A model generated the notes under the pieces. It searched no databases and was not told the DNA's origin. It was given only the letters and a program-made list of their open reading frames with translations. The position numbers and the translations under genes were made by a program. 35,708 bases of DNA from an uncultured Candidatus Saccharibacteria bacterium (GTDB lineage Bacteria; Patescibacteriota; Minisyncoccia; Phycocordibacterales; Phycocordibacteraceae), in assembly GCA_964650475.1 (NCBI GenBank), contig CAZYRK010000004.1, positions 3,787-39,494 on the forward strand. Reading direction: 5' to 3'. Shown here one piece after another: positions 34,903 through 35,708 of the stretch (the first letter of the stretch is position 1; the number at the start of each line of letters is the position of its first letter).

Positions 34903-35708
34903 AAAATAATTTCTTTAAGCAATCTGTCCGTGAGCTCCGTGAGAGAGTGCTGTTGCACAACATTAGAAAGATTCTTTTTTGATATCTCTCCACTACTCTT
35001 TACAAGAAGTCCTCTTAGGATTTTATTTAAAGTGCTGGCGTCATCAAAATAAGTTTCGATACCAGCAAGTTTTGCAAAGTCCTTACTGGAAGAAAGAACT
35101 ATATCGCCACACGCGGCGGCTTCAAATAAAGTCTTGTCAAACATTCCAGATTTAGAAGTGTTTACAAAAAAAGTATGTGCGCGATAAATTTCTGGCGTCG
35201 CGTCATTTTGTACACCAGGATTAAAAGTAATCTTACCAGAAAGAAGCAGTGGTCTGGCTCGTTCATAAAGTTTTTTATAATAATCTTTATATTTTGGAAG
35301 CTCTGAACCGACAATATTCGCGGAGAAATTTACACCTCCATCATCCAACATGATAAGTGCGTCTATAAAAACTTCAATATGTTTAGATGGTGATATTCGT
35401 GAGAGAGACAATATGGAATGTGCCTTACGGTGTATAGACGAATCTAGATTGAATCTTTGTGTGTCCACTCCAACAGGCATGATGAGTGTTTTTTTATATT
35501 TTGCTGTATACGAATATTTAGAAGTGCAAAATACTTTATTACAATAAAACACCGCGATATCAGTAAGAAGTGAGCCTGCATAATGATTACGCCAGAGATA
35601 AACACGTTTTTTAAGCATTTTCCATATAACCCCTGAGAGAAGTATGTACTCTTGATTCATATGCACGAATACGCTGTCATAGCTGTGGCGAAGGCGCCAC
35701 ACAAGGGA
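34899..35708 (-). CDS. Glycosyltransferase family 4, 5'-truncated by window edge
   Basis: MPVGVD, SRISPSKH, FVNTSKSGMFDKTLFEAAACG; frame appears open to the window end. Confidence 0.85.
   Translation of the reverse strand, partial: SLVWRLRHSYDSVFVHMNQEYILLSGVIWKMLKKRVYLWRNHYAGSLLTDIAVFYCNKVFCTSKYSYTAKYKKTLIMPVGVDTQRFNLDSSIHRKAHSILSLSRISPSKHIEVFIDALIMLDDGGVNFSANIVGSELPKYKDYYKKLYERARPLLLSGKITFNPGVQNDATPEIYRAHTFFVNTSKSGMFDKTLFEAAACGDIVLSSSKDFAKLAGIETYFDDASTLNKILRGLLVKSSGEISKKNLSNVVQQHSLTELTDRLLKEIIL

Overview
Bacterial chromosome segment (standard code, TGA read as stop). Gene content and style suggest Patescibacteria/CPR, probably Parcubacteria; this is inference. Left (424-8702, minus): a tightly coupled F-type ATPase-like operon in canonical c-b-delta-alpha-gamma-beta-epsilon order that is clearly non-canonical. 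It has no subunit a. The 'c' hairpin (GRNPLAK loop, no ion-binding Glu/Asp at the canonical position) is fused behind a signal peptide and an extracytoplasmic beta-rich domain. Alpha has lost its P-loop lysine while beta is catalytically intact, and a membrane-anchored HTH protein sits where atpB normally lies. This is the best candidate for an undescribed system: an ATP-driven rotary machine repurposed away from ion pumping. Middle (8786-18728, minus): gatB, obg, secA (cysteine-free C-terminus), a Lys/Arg tetrapeptide-repeat histone-like protein, murB, an O-antigen-ligase/TPR protein and a secreted coiled-coil protein. Several of these have terminator/-10/very-short-leader architecture. Right (18985-32167 plus; 32188-35708 minus): a surface glycan locus with an HTH regulator, wzm/wzt, many glycosyltransferases, two sulfotransferases, an epimerase, a GT11 fucosyltransferase, cysC, a methyltransferase, a collapsed GT4 pseudogene and a perfect 42-bp palindrome. 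No rRNA, tRNA, CRISPR array or transposase was recognised.
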